Assembly: GCA_022709755.1 (NCBI GenBank)
Contig: JAKLIF010000003.1
Span: 157,171 to 221,170, forward strand
Length of the DNA stretch: 64,000 bases
Direction: 5' to 3'
Origin: Elusimicrobiota bacterium
GTDB lineage: Bacteria > Elusimicrobiota > Elusimicrobia > FEN-1173 > JAKLIF01
Both the position numbers and the translations under genes were made by a program. The first letter of the stretch is position 1; every line of letters starts with the position of its first letter. Positions 28,964 to 39,360 of this stretch are shown here, piece after piece. Below the pieces are notes generated by a model, which made no database searches, was not told where the DNA came from, and saw only the letters and a list, made by a program, of their open reading frames with translations.

Positions 28964-29845
28964 ATGATGTTTTTCGAATCGGCTCTATTTTATATGGCGT
29001 TCGGCGGATATCTCGCGGGGATGGCGCTCTATTGGATCCCCGTTTTTTCCCGGAGGGATTCTTCGACGGTCCCGGCCGGACGCGTGGTTTTGGCCGCCCT
29101 CTTGTGCCATCTCGTCTCTCTTGTCCTCCGGTTCGCCGTGGGGCGACAGATGCCGGACCATCAATGGTATATGCCGTGGTGTAATTGGTATGAGGCATTC
29201 TCTTTCTTCGCATTCTTGATCGCGGCTGTTTTTGCGTTCCTCCAGATTCGGGTGCGGTTGCCGGTCCTCGGCCTCTTCGTGATGACGTTGGCTGTGGCGT
29301 TTTTGGCGGCGTCGGTGGGTTATCCCGCGCTGTCCGGGGACGGGGTGACGATGATCCGTCGAATCCCTTCTCTCCCGGCGGCATTGAATTCCGCCTGGAT
29401 GTTGTTCCATGGGCCGGTCATCTTCCTGTCCTACGCTCTGTTCGCCAACGCCTTCGGTGTGGCCGTGGCCTATATCGTGCAGGAGCGGAGCATGAAGGAC
29501 AAGTCCTTCGACGATTTCTCGTTCCATCTCCCGTCTTTGGAGGAGTTGGACGGACTGGTGTTCCGGCTGATCTCCTTGGCGTTCCCCTTGTTGACGTTGG
29601 GGATGATCCTTGGAGCCCAATGGGCGTTTCAGGCGTGGGGCCGTTATTGGGGATGGGACGCCAAGGAGACTTGGAGTCTGATCACATGGGCGGTCTATCT
29701 GGTCTACCTTCACATGCGGTTGGTGAACGGGTGGACCGGGGGGCGTTCCATTTACCTGTCGGTGGCGGGTTTTGGCGCCGTGATGGTCACCTCCATCGGA
29801 GTGAACTCATTTTCCGCCGTGCATGGATTCTTGTTCGGTGGTTGA
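28964..29845 (+). CDS. CcsA/CcmC-fold cytochrome c assembly family membrane protein, HemX-like (the ccsA-like gene preceding hemA, as in hemAXCDBL operons).
   Basis: Trp-rich signature WGRYWGWDAKETWSLITWAVYLVYLH (WGxxWxWDxKE). Eight TM helices. The track starts at TTG 28916. ATG 28964 (MMFFESALFYMAFGG) is preferred. Confidence 0.8.
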   Translation: MMFFESALFYMAFGGYLAGMALYWIPVFSRRDSSTVPAGRVVLAALLCHLVSLVLRFAVGRQMPDHQWYMPWCNWYEAFSFFAFLIAAVFAFLQIRVRLPVLGLFVMTLAVAFLAASVGYPALSGDGVTMIRRIPSLPAALNSAWMLFHGPVIFLSYALFANAFGVAVAYIVQERSMKDKSFDDFSFHLPSLEELDGLVFRLISLAFPLLTLGMILGAQWAFQAWGRYWGWDAKETWSLITWAVYLVYLHMRLVNGWTGGRSIYLSVAGFGAVMVTSIGVNSFSAVHGFLFGG

Positions 29846-29869
29846 TTTTAAATCAAACTGGAGGTAGTC

Positions 29870-30565
29870 ATGAAAAAGATGATCGAATCAATCCTTATTT
29901 CTTTGGTGGTGGTGGTGTCCTTCGTCTGGTCGGCCCAGGCGGAAGTCAAGGCATCCACGCCGTCCGTGAACGTGTCGCCGATCGCTCCCACGCGGCCTGT
30001 CCGCAGTTCCGACCTGAGCGTGCAGAACGTGGTCCGCGTGACCACCAGCGTGATCGTCGTGGAACAGACTCAGACGTTCAAGGGCGAATTTTTGAATGTG
30101 CTCTGGACCGTCCTCGATGTGGATAAGAACGGCAAATTATCCGCCGAGGAGAAGAAGAACGCGGATAAACAGCTCAAAGGGTTCTATCTGGATTATTCGG
30201 GCATCCGTTTGAACTGGTACGTGATGGCTCCGAATAAACTGGATGTGGACGTGAAGGGAATGCCCAACAAGAAACCCAAGGAGGCCGCCAAGGGGGCCCC
30301 CGTCACGGTCTCGTTCAGGGTGAGCTATGATTATATCCCGAACTTTTCAGACGTGGTGGAATTGTTGAGCCCGAACCTCAACGCCCACGAGGTCAAGACG
30401 AAATTCGTCCTCGCCCCGTCTCTGATGCTGTTCCGAATCAATTTCGGGAAGATCGTGTCTCCCCAGGAAACCGACGGGATGGTCCAGGTGGATGGATATC
30501 CCGACATCTTCACGGCCATCATCTCGAACCAATATCCGCCCCATACGCACGGCGACGAGAAATAA
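29870..30565 (+). CDS. Secreted hypothetical protein within the heme operon.
   Basis: Signal peptide MKKMIESILISLVVVVSFVWSAQA-EV. No recognisable motif and no CxxCH. Confidence 0.55.
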   Translation: MKKMIESILISLVVVVSFVWSAQAEVKASTPSVNVSPIAPTRPVRSSDLSVQNVVRVTTSVIVVEQTQTFKGEFLNVLWTVLDVDKNGKLSAEEKKNADKQLKGFYLDYSGIRLNWYVMAPNKLDVDVKGMPNKKPKEAAKGAPVTVSFRVSYDYIPNFSDVVELLSPNLNAHEVKTKFVLAPSLMLFRINFGKIVSPQETDGMVQVDGYPDIFTAIISNQYPPHTHGDEK

Positions 30566-30574
30566 AGGGGTTTC

Positions 30575-31660
30575 ATGAAACAGCTGGTTTTGGTCGGGCT
30601 TTCCCATAAGACGGCGTCCGTCGCCTTGCGCGAACGGGCGTCATTCGCGCCCGACCGAACCCGCCGTTTCTTGAAGGAAGGAATCCTCAGTCACTGTTTC
30701 GACGAAGCGGTCGTTCTGTCCACCTGCAATCGGACGGAGCTTTACGCCGTGGGAGATGATCCCGGGATCGTGGCCGCCGATCTTCGGCGGACGCTGCTCT
30801 CGCCGCGCGAGGGGGAAGAGGATTCCTGTTACGAATGTCGGGGGATGGAAGCCGTGTCCCATCTTTTTGCCGTGGCGGCGGGTTTGGATTCCATGGTGCC
30901 CTGCGAGTCCGAGGTGTTGGGGCAGGTGAAGCGGGCCTATGAGTTGTCGCGGGACGCGGGGGCGACCGGAAAACTGACGAACGTGGTTTTCCAGCGGGCT
31001 CTTTTCGTCGGGAAATTGGTGCGCACCCGTCTGGGAACGCGGCCGATCCCCTCTTCCATCGCCCAGGTTTCGGTCGCTTTGGCCGGCCGTCTCTTCAAGT
31101 CCCTCGCGGAATGCAAGGTCCTCGTCGTCGGAGCCGGGGTGATCGCCGAGTCCGTGGCCGGACAATTCTCCTCGTGCCCGGTGTCGCGGTTGATCGTGAT
31201 CAATCGTTCGCCGGACAAGGCCCGGCGTTTGGCCGGGAGCGTGAAAGGGACCGACCGTCCCTTCGATGATTTGGCGAAGGAGTTGGAATCGTGCGATGTG
31301 GCTGTTTTTTCGACGAGTTCCACGACTCATCTCCTGAGTGCCGAGGATGTCCTCTCCGTGATGGAGCGCCGTCCTCGCCGTCCCTTGTTCTTGATCGACC
31401 TCTCCGTTCCCCGGAACATCGATCCGGCCGCCCATCGGTTGAAAGACGTTTATCTCTATAATATCGACGATCTGAGACCGGTCGCCGATGAGAATGCCGT
31501 GCGGTTGGCGTCGGATATCGAGGGGGTCCGGGCCCTGGTGAAGAGACAATCCTTCGAGTTCACCCGATGGTTCGAGGCCTGGAGACAGGGGGAGCGGGCC
31601 GGATTGAGACATTCGGTGGGATCCACGGTCATGGCTCTGCCGACGGTAGAGACGTTCTGA
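30575..31660 (+). CDS. hemA: Glutamyl-tRNA reductase.
   Basis: MKQLVLVGLSHKTASVALRE...LSTCNRTELYAV (catalytic Cys in CNRTE). NADPH-binding VLVVGAGVIAE. Confidence 0.92.
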   Translation: MKQLVLVGLSHKTASVALRERASFAPDRTRRFLKEGILSHCFDEAVVLSTCNRTELYAVGDDPGIVAADLRRTLLSPREGEEDSCYECRGMEAVSHLFAVAAGLDSMVPCESEVLGQVKRAYELSRDAGATGKLTNVVFQRALFVGKLVRTRLGTRPIPSSIAQVSVALAGRLFKSLAECKVLVVGAGVIAESVAGQFSSCPVSRLIVINRSPDKARRLAGSVKGTDRPFDDLAKELESCDVAVFSTSSTTHLLSAEDVLSVMERRPRRPLFLIDLSVPRNIDPAAHRLKDVYLYNIDDLRPVADENAVRLASDIEGVRALVKRQSFEFTRWFEAWRQGERAGLRHSVGSTVMALPTVETF

Positions 31661-31681
31661 TCAGGCCTCTTCGGGTTCCTG

Positions 31682-32641
31682 TTGATTAAATCGTCCCCCA
31701 AGTCATGTGTCGTCCGGTTGGGCACGCGCGGAAGCCTTCTGGCTCTGGCGCAGACCCGGCTCGTTGAAAAAGCTTTGAAGTCCCGGTTCAGGGACGTGAC
31801 GGTCGAGACCGTCGTCATTAAAACCTCCGGCGATGTGCGCCGGTTTAAGAAGGGTTCTTTGAAAGAGGTCCCCTCATACGGGAAAGGCCTGTTCGTGAAG
31901 GAACTGGAGGAGTCTCTCCGTCGGGGTTTCATCGATATGGCTGTCCATTCCCTCAAGGACCTTCCGACCCGGTTGCCGGAGGGGTTGACCCTGGCGGCGG
32001 TGCTTGAGCGTGAGGACGCGCGCGATTGTCTGGTCTCTCAGGGGCATCGGAGCTTGGCCGGGTTGGAACCGGGCAGTTTGGTCGGGACGAATTCATTGCG
32101 CCGTCAGGCCCAGATCTTGGCCGCCTATCCCCGGCTCCGCGTGGTGCCGGTGAGAGGAAACGTGGATACGCGGATGCGCCGGGTGAAGGAAGGGGCGTTG
32201 TCGGCGGTGGTTCTGGCGCGGGCGGGGCTCCTGCGGCTGGGCCGGGCGGATGAGGCCACACAGATTTTTTCGTTGAAGAGAATGATGCCGGCGGCCGGTC
32301 AGGGGTTCATCGGGATCGAAATCCGCCGGTCCGACCGGTCCGCGAGACGGTGGGCGGAGGGATTGAACCATCTGAAAAGTTTTTGCGAAGCCCGTGCGGA
32401 ACGGGCATTTTTGGACGGGCTGGGAGGGGGATGCCGTATTCCCGCCGCCTGTTGGGCGCGGATCGATCGGAAGACTCTTCGGATCGACGGACTGGTGATG
32501 TCGCCCGACGGTCAATCCCGCGCGGCCGGTTCGGTGTCGGGTTCTCCGCGGGATCCCGACGGGGTGGGCCGCCGGTTGGCCCGGACCATGGTCCGGGCGG
32601 GCGCGCTGAGCTTATGGGATGGAGAGGATTTTTGCCGGTGA
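31682..32641 (+). CDS. hemC: Hydroxymethylbilane synthase (porphobilinogen deaminase).
   Basis: VRLGTRGSLLALAQT N-terminus. HSLKDLPT. Cofactor-binding region GGGCRIPAACWA. TTG start at 31682. Confidence 0.92.
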   Translation: MIKSSPKSCVVRLGTRGSLLALAQTRLVEKALKSRFRDVTVETVVIKTSGDVRRFKKGSLKEVPSYGKGLFVKELEESLRRGFIDMAVHSLKDLPTRLPEGLTLAAVLEREDARDCLVSQGHRSLAGLEPGSLVGTNSLRRQAQILAAYPRLRVVPVRGNVDTRMRRVKEGALSAVVLARAGLLRLGRADEATQIFSLKRMMPAAGQGFIGIEIRRSDRSARRWAEGLNHLKSFCEARAERAFLDGLGGGCRIPAACWARIDRKTLRIDGLVMSPDGQSRAAGSVSGSPRDPDGVGRRLARTMVRAGALSLWDGEDFCR

Positions 32642-34155
32642 AATGCGGCCGGATCACTTTCATCGGCGCCGGGCCGGGGTCTCCGGACCTGCTGACTCTT
32701 CGGGCTGTCGAGTGGCTCCGGCGGGCGGATGCGGTGGTGGCCGATCCGTCGGTGAATCCGGTTCTGATGAACCATTGCCGTCCGAGTGCCCGTATCTTTT
32801 GGACCGGTCGCCCGGGATGCCGGGGTGTCCAGGTCCGGCGGTTGTTGAGGAAATTGGCGGGTCGGGGGTTGACCGTCGCACGTCTGAAGAACGGCGATGC
32901 CTTCCTGTTCGGCCGGGGGGCCGACGAGGCCGATGATCTGATCGCCCGCGGGATTCCGGTGGAAATGGTCCCCGGGGTTCCTTCTGTCAGTGCGGTGCCG
33001 GTCTTGGCGGGAATCCCGCTGACGCATCCCGAATGCACGTCCACCGTGACCATTGTGGCGGCGGACCGGACCGGCGAAAATACGTTCAACGGGGGACGCC
33101 GGAAGATCCGTTGGGAAAAGATCCCTCCAGACGGAACGCTCGTGATCCTGATGGGGTTGTCCCGGCTGGAAGGTATCGTCAAAGGGCTTTTGAAAAGGCA
33201 TTGGTTCCCTCGCACATCGGTCGCCGTCGTTTCTCGGGGGGGGACCGCGGAACAGCGAGTGGTCCGGGGAGACCTGACGGACATCGTCCGAAAGGTCCGT
33301 GAAGAAGGTTTGACTCCCCCGGCGGTGATTGTGGTGGGAGAGACGGCCGGTCTCCGAGTGAAATCACCATTACCTCTTCGGGGTCGGACGGTCTTGGTGA
33401 CGCGTCCGGAGGGACAATCCGCCGGTCTGTCGAAAAAGATCGCCTCGTTGGGCGCGATCGTCATGGAGGATGCCGCTGTGGAAATTCGACCTCTTCCGTT
33501 CCACTCGCAGGGGATCCGCGTCCTGAGGGCGGTTCCATCTTACGATTGGCTGATCTTTACGAGTGTGAACGGTGTGACCTGTTTCTCGGAATGGTGGCGG
33601 TTTCGGACAAAAACGGATGGACGGGACCGCTGGCCTCGCGGGCCGCGTGTCTGTGCGATCGGCCCCAAGACGGCCGCCGAAATCCGGAGACAGGGCGGTC
33701 GGGTGGACCGGATCGCGCCGGAGTATGTTTCGCAGACCATCGCCGGCTCCCTGGGGAATATCCGGGGGAAGAAGATATTGATCCCCCGCGCGTTGACGGC
33801 CCCCCATCACCTGCCGTCCGATCTGAAAAAGCGCGGAGCCAGGGTGACCGTATGGCCTCTCTATGACACGGTTCACCTGAAGCTTTCCCCGAAGAGGAAG
33901 AGGGACGTCCTCGGGGGAAGGGTGGACATCGTCACGTTCACCTCATCGTCCACGGTGCATGCCTTCGTGGAGAATTTCAGCTCGACGGAACGGAAGACGG
34001 TTTTCCAGAAGATCACGGCCGCTTCCATCGGTCCCGTCACGACCGAGACGTTGTCCGGGTATGGGGTCCCGCGTCTCATCCAGGCGGCGGAACCGACGGC
34101 GGAATCATTGGCCGAAACATTGGGAGGATACTATCAGTCACGCTATGGGAACTAA
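32638..34155 (+). CDS. cobA-hemD: Bifunctional uroporphyrinogen-III C-methyltransferase / uroporphyrinogen-III synthase (CobA-HemD fusion).
   Basis: N-terminal domain VKCGRITFIGAGPGSPDLLTLRAVEWLRRADAVVAD (SUMT-type GxGxG). The C-terminal half has HemD-like tandem alpha/beta repeats. GTG start overlaps the hemC stop (GTGA). The track ORF from 32350 is an upstream out-of-gene extension. ATG 32614 is an alternative start. Confidence 0.88.
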   Translation: MKCGRITFIGAGPGSPDLLTLRAVEWLRRADAVVADPSVNPVLMNHCRPSARIFWTGRPGCRGVQVRRLLRKLAGRGLTVARLKNGDAFLFGRGADEADDLIARGIPVEMVPGVPSVSAVPVLAGIPLTHPECTSTVTIVAADRTGENTFNGGRRKIRWEKIPPDGTLVILMGLSRLEGIVKGLLKRHWFPRTSVAVVSRGGTAEQRVVRGDLTDIVRKVREEGLTPPAVIVVGETAGLRVKSPLPLRGRTVLVTRPEGQSAGLSKKIASLGAIVMEDAAVEIRPLPFHSQGIRVLRAVPSYDWLIFTSVNGVTCFSEWWRFRTKTDGRDRWPRGPRVCAIGPKTAAEIRRQGGRVDRIAPEYVSQTIAGSLGNIRGKKILIPRALTAPHHLPSDLKKRGARVTVWPLYDTVHLKLSPKRKRDVLGGRVDIVTFTSSSTVHAFVENFSSTERKTVFQKITAASIGPVTTETLSGYGVPRLIQAAEPTAESLAETLGGYYQSRYGN

Positions 34156-34954
34156 ACCGACGGAAACGCTCGCGACCCTTGAACGCGTCTTGAGGCGATC
34201 CTTATCCTCTGCGGGAGAGGTCCTTTTGAACAAGTTTAAAAAGACGACCATCGTCGCTTATAAGAACCCGATCAGCATCGTGACCGAGGCGGATCAGGAG
34301 GCGGAACGGAGGATCCTCCGGGAGATCAGAAAGTGTTTCCCGGGCCACGCGTTGTTGACGGAGGAATCGCCCCCGCACGAGACAAACTCTCCCTACCGGT
34401 GGATCATCGACCCTTTGGACGGGACGACGAACTTTTCGCACGGGTTGCCGCATGCCTGCGTCTCCGTCGGATTGGAGAAGGACGGACGGATGTTGATGGG
34501 GGGAGTATGGGACCCTTTCAAAAAGGAACTGTTTTTCGCTTGCCGTGGCCGCGGGGCCACCCTGAACGGCCGTCCGATCACCGTCAGCCGGAGGAAGAAA
34601 CTGATCGGCAGCCTCCTCGTGACGGGGTTTCCCTATGACCGGCAAAAGAATGCCCGGTATTATCTGAGTTTCTATGAGAAATTCATGGTCCGGACGCAGG
34701 GGATCCGCCGATACGGCGCGGCGGCGCTCGATATGTGCTACGTGGCCTGCGGACGTTTCGACGGTTTTTGGGAGTTCAAACTGAATCCATGGGACGTGGC
34801 CGCCGGGCAGTTGATCGTCGAGGAGGCCGGGGGGCGTTTGTCCGATTTCACGGGGAGGCCGTTCGATCTGAACCGTCCGCAGCAGATCCTTTGCACGAAT
34901 GGATGTCTTCACGCGGTCATGGCGACTATTTTAAAAAAGGGGTTGAGAAAATGA
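34145..34954 (+). CDS. Inositol monophosphatase family protein (SuhB/CysQ-like).
   Basis: Metal-binding motifs EESPP...WIIDPLDGTTNFSHGLP and GAAALDMCYVACGRFDGFWE. Start overlaps the cobA-hemD stop by 11 nt. Confidence 0.85.
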   Translation: MGTKPTETLATLERVLRRSLSSAGEVLLNKFKKTTIVAYKNPISIVTEADQEAERRILREIRKCFPGHALLTEESPPHETNSPYRWIIDPLDGTTNFSHGLPHACVSVGLEKDGRMLMGGVWDPFKKELFFACRGRGATLNGRPITVSRRKKLIGSLLVTGFPYDRQKNARYYLSFYEKFMVRTQGIRRYGAAALDMCYVACGRFDGFWEFKLNPWDVAAGQLIVEEAGGRLSDFTGRPFDLNRPQQILCTNGCLHAVMATILKKGLRK

Positions 34955-36567
34955 AAACGTCTGTCAGCGGATTTCAGCGGGTCCTGGCGGGCCTCTTGTT
35001 GGTGTTCCTGAGCGCGGTTCTGTGCGGAGAGGATATGCCCGATATCGCCAATGTGAGGGTGGATCCGGAGATCGTGATGAGGTTGAAGGCGTTGTTGAGC
35101 GAGTCCGAACTGGTGAAGTTGAGCAATACGGATGTTCAAGAGACCGCCATGAAGGATATCTTCTCGTTCGCCACCCCCACGGGGTACGATCTGAGGAACC
35201 GTTATACGAACCTGGGGATCACGCTGGCGGAAGCATTGGCGGGGGTCACGGACCCGGATATCAAGGTCCGTCTGACGGAGGCGGCGCGCTGGGCCCACAG
35301 TCCGAACGTGAGGTCGGTGGCCCTGGTGTCCATGGCGTTCTTGAAGAACAGGGACGACCTGAAATATTTCCGCGAGGCGTTGTGGGACAACCGGGTGATG
35401 GTCCGTTTCGCCGCTCTGGAGGCGTTGCAGGCGTGGGGGTATCCTGAGGGGTCTGTGCCGGTTCTGACGAAAGTCGCTCAGTCGGACCCATCGCCGTTGC
35501 TGAAGGTCTATGCGGCTCAGATCCTTTACCGTTATGGGGATCCGACGGGGCGCCAGCTGTTGCTGAACTACTTGAAGGACCGGGACTGGGTGGTGCGTGC
35601 CATGGCTGGCCGGTACATCGGCGAACTGGGCACGGCGGAAGATTACGACATGCTCGTCGCACGCATCTCGGCGGAACAGGATAACGATTTTGTGGCGGCG
35701 GAGATGGCCATCGGGGCGCTGAACCTCTATCCGCAGAAGAAACTCAAGATGACGATGCAGCAGTTGGACTCCAACTCCTCCCGTCCGGGGTCGCCGGGCC
35801 GCAAACGAACGAAACGGGATGTGGTCATGGAACTGGAGCCGCTGGTCGTTCGCGCACCGCGGATGAAGGTGCCTCGCGGGGAATGGGTCGCCCCCCAGAT
35901 CGATGCGCTGTTGATCCGCATGATGGAAAAGTATGAACAGAAGGATTTTATCGGGCCGACGGACGACCAACTGCTCCAACCGGCTCGCGCGGACGTGATC
36001 CAGCTGGTGACGCCGGCGGGATTCCGCCTCAAGAGCCGTTACTCCGAACTGGGTATCCTCCTCACCGACGGCGTGGCGGGCACCAACGAGTCCCGATTGG
36101 TGGACCAGTTGATGAGGACGGTGCGCAGCGGAATCAATCAGAACGTGAGGTCGGCGGCGCTGGTGGCGCTCGGATATCGCCGGGACAGGGCCGACATGCC
36201 TTTTTTCATGGAGAACGTGAGACATGAGAATATCTCGATCCGGTTCGCGACGGCCGAAGCCCTGACGGTTTGGGGATTCCGGGATGCGGCGTCTCTGCTC
36301 AGGGATATGGCCCAGACGGATTCTTCCGGGGCGGTCCGGGTTTTTGCGGCTCAGGGCATGTGGCGCGTCGGTGATGAGGGGGGGAAGGAGATCCTCTGGC
36401 AGTTCCTGGATTATTCGGATTGGGTGGTGCGCGCCATGGCGGTCCGATACATCGGCGAATTGGGCGGCGCCGACGACTATAACCGGATGCTGTACTATCT
36501 GGGCCGGGAACAGAATAAATTCGTGCAGGCGGAGATCTGTTCGGCTCTGCTGAAACTTTATCAATGA
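34951..36567 (+). CDS. Secreted HEAT-repeat (PBS lyase-like) protein with an internal two-fold duplication.
   Basis: Signal peptide MKTSVSGFQRVLAGLLLVFLSAVLCGE. Repeats VRFAALEALQAWGYPEG...DWVVRAMAGRYIGELG recur in the second half as IRFATAEALTVWGFRDA...DWVVRAMAVRYIGELG. ATG overlaps the IMPase stop (ATGA). Confidence 0.7.
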   Translation: MKTSVSGFQRVLAGLLLVFLSAVLCGEDMPDIANVRVDPEIVMRLKALLSESELVKLSNTDVQETAMKDIFSFATPTGYDLRNRYTNLGITLAEALAGVTDPDIKVRLTEAARWAHSPNVRSVALVSMAFLKNRDDLKYFREALWDNRVMVRFAALEALQAWGYPEGSVPVLTKVAQSDPSPLLKVYAAQILYRYGDPTGRQLLLNYLKDRDWVVRAMAGRYIGELGTAEDYDMLVARISAEQDNDFVAAEMAIGALNLYPQKKLKMTMQQLDSNSSRPGSPGRKRTKRDVVMELEPLVVRAPRMKVPRGEWVAPQIDALLIRMMEKYEQKDFIGPTDDQLLQPARADVIQLVTPAGFRLKSRYSELGILLTDGVAGTNESRLVDQLMRTVRSGINQNVRSAALVALGYRRDRADMPFFMENVRHENISIRFATAEALTVWGFRDAASLLRDMAQTDSSGAVRVFAAQGMWRVGDEGGKEILWQFLDYSDWVVRAMAVRYIGELGGADDYNRMLYYLGREQNKFVQAEICSALLKLYQ

Positions 36568-36595
36568 ATCATCCCTTGAAAGCGAGACATAAACC

Positions 36596-37225
36596 ATGAG
36601 CATGAACGTATTGAAGGCACTGGCGTTGGGCGGCGGGGAATGGATCATCTTCATCCTGATCGCCAGCTCCATCCTGGCATTGGCTGTGTGCATCGAGCGT
36701 TTTATCGTACTGCGTCGGGAGAAAAAGAATCTCTCGGCCTTGAGAGACCGCGTGGCTCCCCTGCTCTCGGACGGGAAGCTGGACGACGTGCGGGTGGCTG
36801 TGAAAGAGCATCCGGGCTCGGCGAGCCGGATTCTTTATAGTGGGTTGGTTCATGCATCGCAGGGACTGGGCGCGGTGGAGGAACAGATGGCCTCGACCGT
36901 CATGCTGGAACGAAATCAATTGGAAACACGCCTGTTGGTTTTGGGAACGCTTGGAAACAACACGCCGTTCATCGGGTTGTTGGGAACGGTCATGGGCGTC
37001 ATCAAGGCGTTCCACGACTTGGCCCGGGAAGGATCCGCCGGTCCGGAGGTGGTCATGCAGGGACTCTCGGAGGCTCTCATCGCCACGGCGGTGGGATTGT
37101 TCGTGGCCATTCCGTGCGTGATTGCATTTAATTACTTTCAAAAACAGGTGAGAGATATCAAAACGGAAACAGACGCGCTGACGCGCCTGTTAATGGCGCG
37201 GTTGAAGGCCTCCGGAGGGAAATAA
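36596..37225 (+). CDS. exbB: MotA/TolQ/ExbB proton-channel protein.
   Basis: Three TM helices. GLLGTVMGVIKAFHDLA...LSEALIATAVGLFVAIP family signature. Confidence 0.88.
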   Translation: MSMNVLKALALGGGEWIIFILIASSILALAVCIERFIVLRREKKNLSALRDRVAPLLSDGKLDDVRVAVKEHPGSASRILYSGLVHASQGLGAVEEQMASTVMLERNQLETRLLVLGTLGNNTPFIGLLGTVMGVIKAFHDLAREGSAGPEVVMQGLSEALIATAVGLFVAIPCVIAFNYFQKQVRDIKTETDALTRLLMARLKASGGK

Positions 37226-37226
37226 C

Positions 37227-37637
37227 ATGCTGGAGTCCCGTCAGGAAGAATCGATCACCAATATCAACATCACGCCGCTGGTCGACATCATCCTGGTGTT
37301 GTTGATCATTTTCATGGCGACGGCCCCGCTCATCCATAAGAGGGCGATGAACATCAACCTTCCCAAAGCGGCGCATCACGAGAAGAAAGCCACGGAGACG
37401 CTGGAACTGGCGGTGAACGAGAAGAAGGAAGTGTATCTGGGAGGGAAGAAGCTGGGGATCCCGGAACTGGCGGAGGAACTGGCGGATTACGTGCGGATGG
37501 ACGTGGCCGTGCATGTGGCCATCTCGGCGGACAGCACCCTTCCCTACGGAGATGTGATCGGCATCCTGGACATCGTGAGGGGCGCCGGCGTCAAGAAAGT
37601 GGCTTTGGAAGTCAAGAGCAAGTCATCTAAAAAATAG
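37227..37637 (+). CDS. exbD: ExbD/TolR biopolymer transport protein.
   Basis: NITPLVDIILVLLIIFMAT TM segment, then a periplasmic domain. Starts 2 nt after exbB. Confidence 0.88.
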   Translation: MLESRQEESITNINITPLVDIILVLLIIFMATAPLIHKRAMNINLPKAAHHEKKATETLELAVNEKKEVYLGGKKLGIPELAEELADYVRMDVAVHVAISADSTLPYGDVIGILDIVRGAGVKKVALEVKSKSSKK

Positions 37638-37648
37638 CGGAATCGCGC

Positions 37649-38356
37649 ATGCGGTCCAAACCGTCCTTGTTCCAGATCGCGTTGATCGCCTCCGTCGGAC
37701 TCCACGGCGGGGTGTGGGGCGCGTTCTCGTGGGTCCACCGCGCCCCCTCCGATCCCGATGTGCCGGCGTTGGAAATCGATCTGACAAAACCGTTCCGTCT
37801 GGATCCGAACGCATCGTTGAAGAGACTGGGCGGTGGTCCGTCTGCGGATCAGAAACCGGCCGTGGTGTCGCCCCCGGTGCCGACGCCGCCGACCGAGAAG
37901 ACGGTCCCGAACTCCAGCGCGTTGCCGCAGGAGAAAACGGAGGAGTGGAAACTGCCGACGGCGGACACCAAAGAATTCGAAAAGGGGACCGGCGGCGATG
38001 AATCCCTGCCGCCGGGCAGCGGGGACGGGTCCGGATACGGTTATGGAGGGGAGGGGGACGGCGTGGGACTGAGCCGTCTGCCGAGACTTTTGAACCGGGA
38101 AGAGATCCGCCGGAACCTGCAGCGGTTCTATCCGGAGAGGGAACGCCGTCTTGGCCAGGAAGGCGTGGTGGTCGTGGATGTCCATATCGGAGACGACGGG
38201 CAGGTGGGCCGCATTGAGATCGTGGAATCGGGCGGGGAATCGTTCGACGATGCCGCCCGGGCGGTGGTGAAGGAGATGAGGTTTTCTCCGGCCATGGTGG
38301 GTCCGACGCCGGTGGCGGTCAAGATACGCCAGAGCATCGTTTTTCGAATCGAATGA
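37649..38356 (+). CDS. tonB: TonB-family energy transducer (TonB C-terminal domain; could equally be TolA-like).
   Basis: N-terminal TM helix. Pro-rich spacer ([18 protein letters not shown]). C-terminal TonB-type domain [45 protein letters not shown]. Confidence 0.75.
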   Translation: MRSKPSLFQIALIASVGLHGGVWGAFSWVHRAPSDPDVPALEIDLTKPFRLDPNASLKRLGGGPSADQKPAVVSPPVPTPPTEKTVPNSSALPQEKTEEWKLPTADTKEFEKGTGGDESLPPGSGDGSGYGYGGEGDGVGLSRLPRLLNREEIRRNLQRFYPERERRLGQEGVVVVDVHIGDDGQVGRIEIVESGGESFDDAARAVVKEMRFSPAMVGPTPVAVKIRQSIVFRIE

Positions 38357-39360
38357 GAGCACACGCGACGATGTCGTTCCCCGCAGTCCGTCTGCGCCGC
38401 TTGCGCCGGTTGCCCCTGTTCCGGAAGATGGTGAGGGAGACCGTGCTGCGGCCGGAGGATTTCGTCCAACCGTTTTTCGTGAGAGCCGGCCGGGGTCTTC
38501 GACGGCCGATCAAGTCCATGCCGGGATGCGACCAATTGTCGCCCGACCAACTCTTGAGGGATGTCCGGGTTCTGTACCGCTCCGGGATCCCCGCCGTGAT
38601 CCTTTTCGGCATCCCGTCGACGAAAGACCCCCTCGGGTCGGAAGCGTGGTCGGCGGACGGGGCCGTTCAGACCGCCGTCCGTCTGTTGAAGGGGGCGTTG
38701 CCGGACTTGGTGGTGATGACGGACCTGTGCCTGTGTGAATACACGGAGCACGGTCATTGCGGAGTCCTGAAGAAAGGGAAGAACTCCCGCAATCCGGTCA
38801 TCGACAACGATCCGACCCTGGAATTGTTGGCCCGGGCGGCGGTGTCTCAGGCGGAGGCGGGGGCCGACCTGATCGCTCCGTCGGGGATGATGGACGGGGT
38901 CGTCAAGGCGGTTCGCAGTGCCCTGGATTCGGCCGGCTTCACGGAGACATCCATCATGGCGTATTCGGCCAAATATGCGTCGGGGTTTTATGGGCCGTTC
39001 CGGGATGCGGCCGAATCGCCGCCCCGGTTCGGAGACAGGAAGACCTATCAGATGGATCCCTCGAACACGAGGGAGGCGATGCGTGAGGTGGCTCTCGATG
39101 TGGCGGAGGGCGCTGACATCGTGATGGTGAAACCGGCGTTATCCTACCTGGATGTGATCCACCGCGTGAAACAGAGGTGGGACCTTCCCGTCGCGGCCTA
39201 CAACGTGTCGGGGGAATACGCCATGGTCAAGGCCGCCGCGCGGAATAAATGGATCGACGAAAAGGCGGTCACGCGAGAAATATTGACGTCCATCAAGCGG
39301 GCCGGGGCCGATTTGATCCTCTCGTATCACGCCCGGGACGTCGTCAAAGATCTGAAGTGA
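38353..39360 (+). CDS. hemB: Porphobilinogen synthase (delta-aminolevulinate dehydratase).
   Basis: [35 protein letters not shown] is the classic HemB N-terminus. Active-site region with lysines (VMVKPAL). ATGA overlap with the tonB stop. Alternative start ATG 38371. Confidence 0.92.
   Translation: MRAHATMSFPAVRLRRLRRLPLFRKMVRETVLRPEDFVQPFFVRAGRGLRRPIKSMPGCDQLSPDQLLRDVRVLYRSGIPAVILFGIPSTKDPLGSEAWSADGAVQTAVRLLKGALPDLVVMTDLCLCEYTEHGHCGVLKKGKNSRNPVIDNDPTLELLARAAVSQAEAGADLIAPSGMMDGVVKAVRSALDSAGFTETSIMAYSAKYASGFYGPFRDAAESPPRFGDRKTYQMDPSNTREAMREVALDVAEGADIVMVKPALSYLDVIHRVKQRWDLPVAAYNVSGEYAMVKAAARNKWIDEKAVTREILTSIKRAGADLILSYHARDVVKDLK

Noticed and set aside
32350-32637. Upstream 96-codon extension of the cobA-hemD ORF (track start 32350), and the analogous extensions at 50845 (pmbA), 33959 (IMPase), 34735 (HEAT protein), 52367 (aroE), 53236 (aroC), 59877 (aroK) and 60173 (aroB).
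   Set aside because: These extensions overlap the preceding gene's coding region in another frame. Family-typical N-termini and ATGA/GTGA coupling sites mark the shorter true starts.
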